A DNA stretch of 48,193 nucleotides, taken from positions 1 through 48,193 of the forward strand of contig CBIHLX010000001.1 of NCBI GenBank assembly GCA_966210935.1, written 5' to 3'. Source of the stretch: an uncultured bacterium. GTDB taxonomy: Bacteria > Patescibacteriota > Saccharimonadia > Saccharimonadales > Saccharimonadaceae. Below, in pieces: positions 45,183-48,193 of this stretch (position 1 is the first letter of the stretch; every line of letters begins with the position of its first letter). Both the position numbers and the translations under genes were made by a program. The notes beneath the pieces are model-generated. The model did no database searches and was not told the origin of the DNA. It saw nothing but the letters and a program-made list of their open reading frames with translations.

Positions 45183-45554
45183 ATGACCAAAATAGCAATC
45201 ATCGAAGACGACCCAACTATCAACCAAATGTACCGCATGAAATTTGAGGCGGACGGGTTTGAAGTAGAGGTTGCCGATGACGGCAAGCGCGGCGTTGCGC
45301 TCGTCGAATCGTTTACCCCCGACATTATCTTGCTCGACTTACAAATGCCACACATGAACGGCGTTGAAGCACTTACGGAAATCCGCGGACATGACTGGGG
45401 CAAAGCAACACCGGTTATTATTCTTACAAACCTCGGCGTCGAAGAGGCACCAAAAGAACTCCAAAGCCTCGATATCTACGGCTATATCGTTAAAGCCGAG
45501 CTCACCCCCCGCCAAGTGGTTGGACGCGTTAAAGAAGCGCTCGGTCTCGAGTAG
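45183..45554 (+). CDS. Stand-alone response-regulator receiver domain protein (CheY-like)
   Basis: 123 aa. IAIIEDD, phospho-acceptor context DIILLDLQMPHMNG, ILTNLG and GYIVK. No output domain. Confidence 0.9.
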   Translation: MTKIAIIEDDPTINQMYRMKFEADGFEVEVADDGKRGVALVESFTPDIILLDLQMPHMNGVEALTEIRGHDWGKATPVIILTNLGVEEAPKELQSLDIYGYIVKAELTPRQVVGRVKEALGLE

Positions 45555-45557
45555 AGT

Positions 45558-46382
45558 TTATAACTGATCGGCTGGAATCGTTGCACGAGCAGCCGTAATA
45601 ACGTGATCATACAGGGCGGCAATTGTCAGCGGCCCTACACCACCGCGCTCCGGTGTAATCGTAATGTCATTGCGTTCGCGGACCCTCGGATCAACATCAC
45701 CAACCAACACACCATCTTCACTAGCCGTTCCTGCATCAACTACGACTGCACGCGGTGGTATCATATCTGGCGTAAGAAGTCGCGGTACACCTGTTGCCGA
45801 CACAATGATATTACTTTGGCGAAGTATCGACGAAATATCCTTCGTCGTATCATCAAGTACCGTCACGTCGTAGCCGCTTGCATGCCACATCTGACTTAGC
45901 GGACCACCCACCAGGCGACCATTGCCAACAATAGTAATCTTTTTGCTACTCAACTCTACACCATACCCAGTCAACAGCCAGTTAATAGCCTCTGCTGTAG
46001 CACTATCAAACCTTGCCTGCCTCCCAAGCCCGTCAACATCTTTCGCAGGATCAATTAGATTCACTATCTCATCAGTTTTAGTTGGGTCGTCGAGTGGCAA
46101 CTGCACAATAATCCCATGCACTGTAGGATCGGCGTTATAGGTCGCCAGTGAGCCAGCCAGCTCATCCACCGGTACCGTATCAACGACCGTTTCAATCAAA
46201 ATATCATCACCATACGCCCGCTTCATGCGGACATACGCATCAATCGCCTGCGAGCTACCCGGAGTCTTTAAAATCACAAGCTTTGGGTGCGTATGCCACG
46301 CTTGGCGCAGTGCACGCACTTGTTTTGCTTGACGCTCTTGAATATAGCCAACAAGCTCAGAACCATTTAGTAATTTTGCCAT
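45558..46382 (-). CDS. folD: Bifunctional methylenetetrahydrofolate dehydrogenase/cyclohydrolase
   Basis: 274 aa. YVRMKRAYG, HGIIVQLPL, DVDGL, IVGNGRLVGGPL and GGVGPLT. Confidence 0.95.
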   Translation of the reverse strand: MAKLLNGSELVGYIQERQAKQVRALRQAWHTHPKLVILKTPGSSQAIDAYVRMKRAYGDDILIETVVDTVPVDELAGSLATYNADPTVHGIIVQLPLDDPTKTDEIVNLIDPAKDVDGLGRQARFDSATAEAINWLLTGYGVELSSKKITIVGNGRLVGGPLSQMWHASGYDVTVLDDTTKDISSILRQSNIIVSATGVPRLLTPDMIPPRAVVVDAGTASEDGVLVGDVDPRVRERNDITITPERGGVGPLTIAALYDHVITAARATIPADQL

Positions 46383-46453
46383 CTATATCCTATAATATCA
46401 CCCTTGCCCCTCTCGCAGCGATAGAGCAGCAAGGTAAAACCTTCGTCATCAAT

Positions 46454-46481
46454 AAAATAGCCGGCGATCACCGGCTATTTT
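46454..46481 (-). terminator. Intrinsic (bidirectional-looking) terminator after the 88-aa ORF
   Basis: AAAATAGCCGG / loop CGATCA / CCGGCTATTTT. A/T runs on both sides. Confidence 0.7.
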
Positions 46482-46497
46482 ATCGTCTTAATTATCT

Positions 46498-46764
46498 CTA
46501 TTCGAAACTCGCAAGTTCAGCCTCGAGATCAGACAATGTGGCATTGTCATCAAGATTTATATCATCGAGCATCGCTTCTGTCTTGGTGAGATCACTGGTT
46601 GCAGCAATCGTCGGAACATCAGCAGTGCTTGTTCCGGCTACTTCAACCGGCTTCGTTCCATCAATCGATCGATCGTAAAAGACATATCCAAGTACACCCA
46701 CGACCAGCACAACTCCGCATACCAATCCAAGCTCAACAACCGAAAAGCCATGTTGCCTATTCAT
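46498..46764 (-). CDS. Small pilin/pseudopilin-like protein (88 aa) with an acidic tail
   Basis: MNRQHGFSVVELGLVCGVVLVVGVLGYVF gives a G/FSxxE class III signal-like motif plus a hydrophobic helix. Overlaps the upstream ORF by 8 nt. Confidence 0.5.
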   Translation of the reverse strand: MNRQHGFSVVELGLVCGVVLVVGVLGYVFYDRSIDGTKPVEVAGTSTADVPTIAATSDLTKTEAMLDDINLDDNATLSDLEAELASFE

Positions 46765-47470
46765 TGCTAGCCTCTCCTGACGTTCCGTCCGTTGACGGTG
46801 TTGTCGAAGTCTGAGCTTGCGCCGACTTAACCGCTACTATGAGGTTCTTCACTGAGGTGCGGTAGTCCTTAAGTGCAGCAACCTGAGCCTTGTGGGCCTC
46901 GCGGAACTCCTGAGAAGCAATCTTTGGATTGTCACTATCGCATGAGAACACATCGCCTACCGACTGTGTGCTGGCAACGGCTGCTTCCGCCGCTAGTTTT
47001 TTCGTGTCGACTTCTGCCACTAAGATATCGTAATTTTCGGCGACACGACCTTTGTTTTCATAAAATTCTTTCACACGGTCAGTGATTTTAGTAAAGACGG
47101 CAATGTGATCTTCTCCGCGCTTCGTCATTTGCGCCATAGTCGCCTCAATGCGCTGCTCGCGCGCCTGGCACGCCTCGAGCTTCGCCCCTTCAAGGCGTTG
47201 CTTAGCTTCAGAAGCACGTGTCTGTGTGCGCTCCTTAGCCTCCTGAGCACGCACCTTCGCTTCTTGAGCACGAGCCTCGGCCTTAGCTTTCGCTTCGTCT
47301 AGACGGTGCTGTGCTGCTGCCCTTTTCTCTTCGACCGCCTGTTTCAATGTTTCGCGATCAGTCACTTCCTGTGCGCCCGCGACGCCCCCGTAGCCTAGGG
47401 TTGAGATAGCAATAAATGCTGCCGTAACCAAACCGATACCCGCACGGTTACTGTGACGGATAAACTTCAT
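46757..47470 (-). CDS. Secreted coiled-coil protein (237 aa), hypothetical
   Basis: Signal peptide (GIGLVTAAFIAISTLGYGGVAGAQE), then repetitive EAKxxAxxRAQEAK heptad-like charged helices and a Ser/Thr-rich C-terminus. Confidence 0.6.
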   Translation of the reverse strand: MKFIRHSNRAGIGLVTAAFIAISTLGYGGVAGAQEVTDRETLKQAVEEKRAAAQHRLDEAKAKAEARAQEAKVRAQEAKERTQTRASEAKQRLEGAKLEACQAREQRIEATMAQMTKRGEDHIAVFTKITDRVKEFYENKGRVAENYDILVAEVDTKKLAAEAAVASTQSVGDVFSCDSDNPKIASQEFREAHKAQVAALKDYRTSVKNLIVAVKSAQAQTSTTPSTDGTSGEASNE

Positions 47471-47491
47471 ATAGATGTTGTCCTGCTTACG

Positions 47492-47560
47492 TTAGTACTT
47501 TTTACATCGTACACCGCGACGCCTGGCAGCGCAATGTGCTCATCTAAAGAAAAGTACTAA
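47492..47560. promoter_or_regulatory. Perfect 11-bp inverted repeat pair (AGTACT cores) upstream of the coiled-coil protein gene; candidate operator pair
   Basis: TTAGTACTTTT (47492..47502) and AAAAGTACTAA (47550..47560) are exact reverse complements, 47 nt apart, between the marR stop and the 47470 start. Confidence 0.35.
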
Positions 47561-47608
47561 TCACAACAGTCGTTTTTATGCTCTCTGTAACCTCAGTGAT
47601 AGCGAACT

Positions 47609-48040
47609 TCACTGCTTACTGGCGTTTGCGATGATCGTTTCAAGCACTTTCTGATACGTCCGCAGCTCAGCCTCTGTTAGGCCACCGAGAAGCTTCTTTA
47701 GTTCAGTAGCCACGTCTGCTTCTACGTCAGTCACAAACTGGCGCCCCTTTTTTGTCAAAATCAACAATTTTGCACGACGATCAAACTGATGCTGAACGCG
47801 CTCCACAAGGCCACGCTCGACAAGGTCATTGCCCATTGCAGTCACAAAAGGCGCCTTAACCGCCAAACGCTCTGCGAGCTCAACTAGGCGTATCCCATTG
47901 GGCGAGTGAGCTACGGCACCCAAAAAAGACCAAGCGGTTGGCGAAAGATCATACCTATCAAGCTTCCGTGTTACCGTATCACGCAACACTTTGTGCGATT
48001 TTGCAAAAATAGCACCTGTTAGATAAGTTGGTATATGCAT
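47609..48040 (-). CDS. MarR-family transcriptional regulator
   Basis: Winged-HTH pattern (LSPTAWSFLGAVAHSPNGIRLVELAERLAVKAPFVTAMGNDLVERGLVERVQHQFDRRAKLLILTKKG). The start is ambiguous: ATG 48040, or 48064 as in the ORF track. Confidence 0.85.
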   Translation of the reverse strand: MHIPTYLTGAIFAKSHKVLRDTVTRKLDRYDLSPTAWSFLGAVAHSPNGIRLVELAERLAVKAPFVTAMGNDLVERGLVERVQHQFDRRAKLLILTKKGRQFVTDVEADVATELKKLLGGLTEAELRTYQKVLETIIANASKQ

Positions 48041-48114
48041 ATATATAGTATAACTTATTACCAAAATAGTTATATAGGTTAACTAATATTTATTACCTAT
48101 TTTTTAAGTAAATG

Positions 48115-48130
48115 TGTGAAATATTTCACA
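48115..48130. promoter_or_regulatory. Perfect 16-bp palindrome TGTGAAATATTTCACA (TGTGA-N6-TCACA, CRP/FNR-type consensus)
   Basis: Read directly from the AT-rich region upstream of marR. A further TCACA half-site lies at about 48156. Confidence 0.4.
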
Positions 48131-48193
48131 TTTGTATCTGTTATTGTAATATACTTCACATAAATTTCATTTTGTTGTCATAATGCGTCAGAA

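Overview
This is a 48.2-kb, gene-dense bacterial chromosomal segment with most genes on the minus strand. Hand counts of a few 60-nt lines give roughly 50% G+C; this was not computed window-wide.

The core is housekeeping:
- An ABC exporter, bL25, DedA, uvrA, sbcB and obg.
- A division and cell-wall block: ftsA, a 548-aa membrane protein, ruvX, mltG and a LysM-CHAP hydrolase.
- alaS, then a cysteine desulfurase, a DUF218 protein and mnmA.
- tatD, metG, pgeF, rsmA, an RpfB/YabE-like hydrolase and pcrA.
- tpiA-pgk-pyk, a GH5 glycosidase, folD and a MarR regulator.

Three things together suggest a reduced-genome Patescibacteria/Saccharibacteria-like organism. These are Gram-positive-type envelope functions (class F sortase, an LPXTG protein, DUF348-G5 and LysM-CHAP hydrolases), type IV pilin genes, and trimmed housekeeping enzymes (629-aa AlaRS, 497-aa MetRS). 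This is inference only, because no similarity search was possible.

The main non-core content:
1. A patch of about 3.4 kb (about 36.9-40.3 kb) lies directly downstream of tRNA-Glu(UUC). It has visibly higher G+C and no integrase. It holds two divergent operons of unknown function: a TAATG-coupled small-ORF pair, and a 4-TM protein plus a 526-aa lipoprotein behind a roughly 380-nt highly structured leader. An LPXTG surface protein follows it.
2. A FeeM/LuxI/OlsB-like GNAT acyltransferase appears to be co-transcribed with a multi-TM GAF histidine kinase. A stand-alone receiver gene is transcribed divergently from them.
3. Two conserved genes, uvrA and pgeF, each carry a single in-frame stop codon.
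4. A second high-G+C orphan ORF lies at 2.0-2.7 kb.

I saw no rRNA, CRISPR array, transposase or integrase. All functional calls rest on motifs read by eye from the translations. I rate the tRNA-flanking envelope module and the GNAT-kinase module as the best candidates for something undescribed. Both need database and structure searches to confirm.
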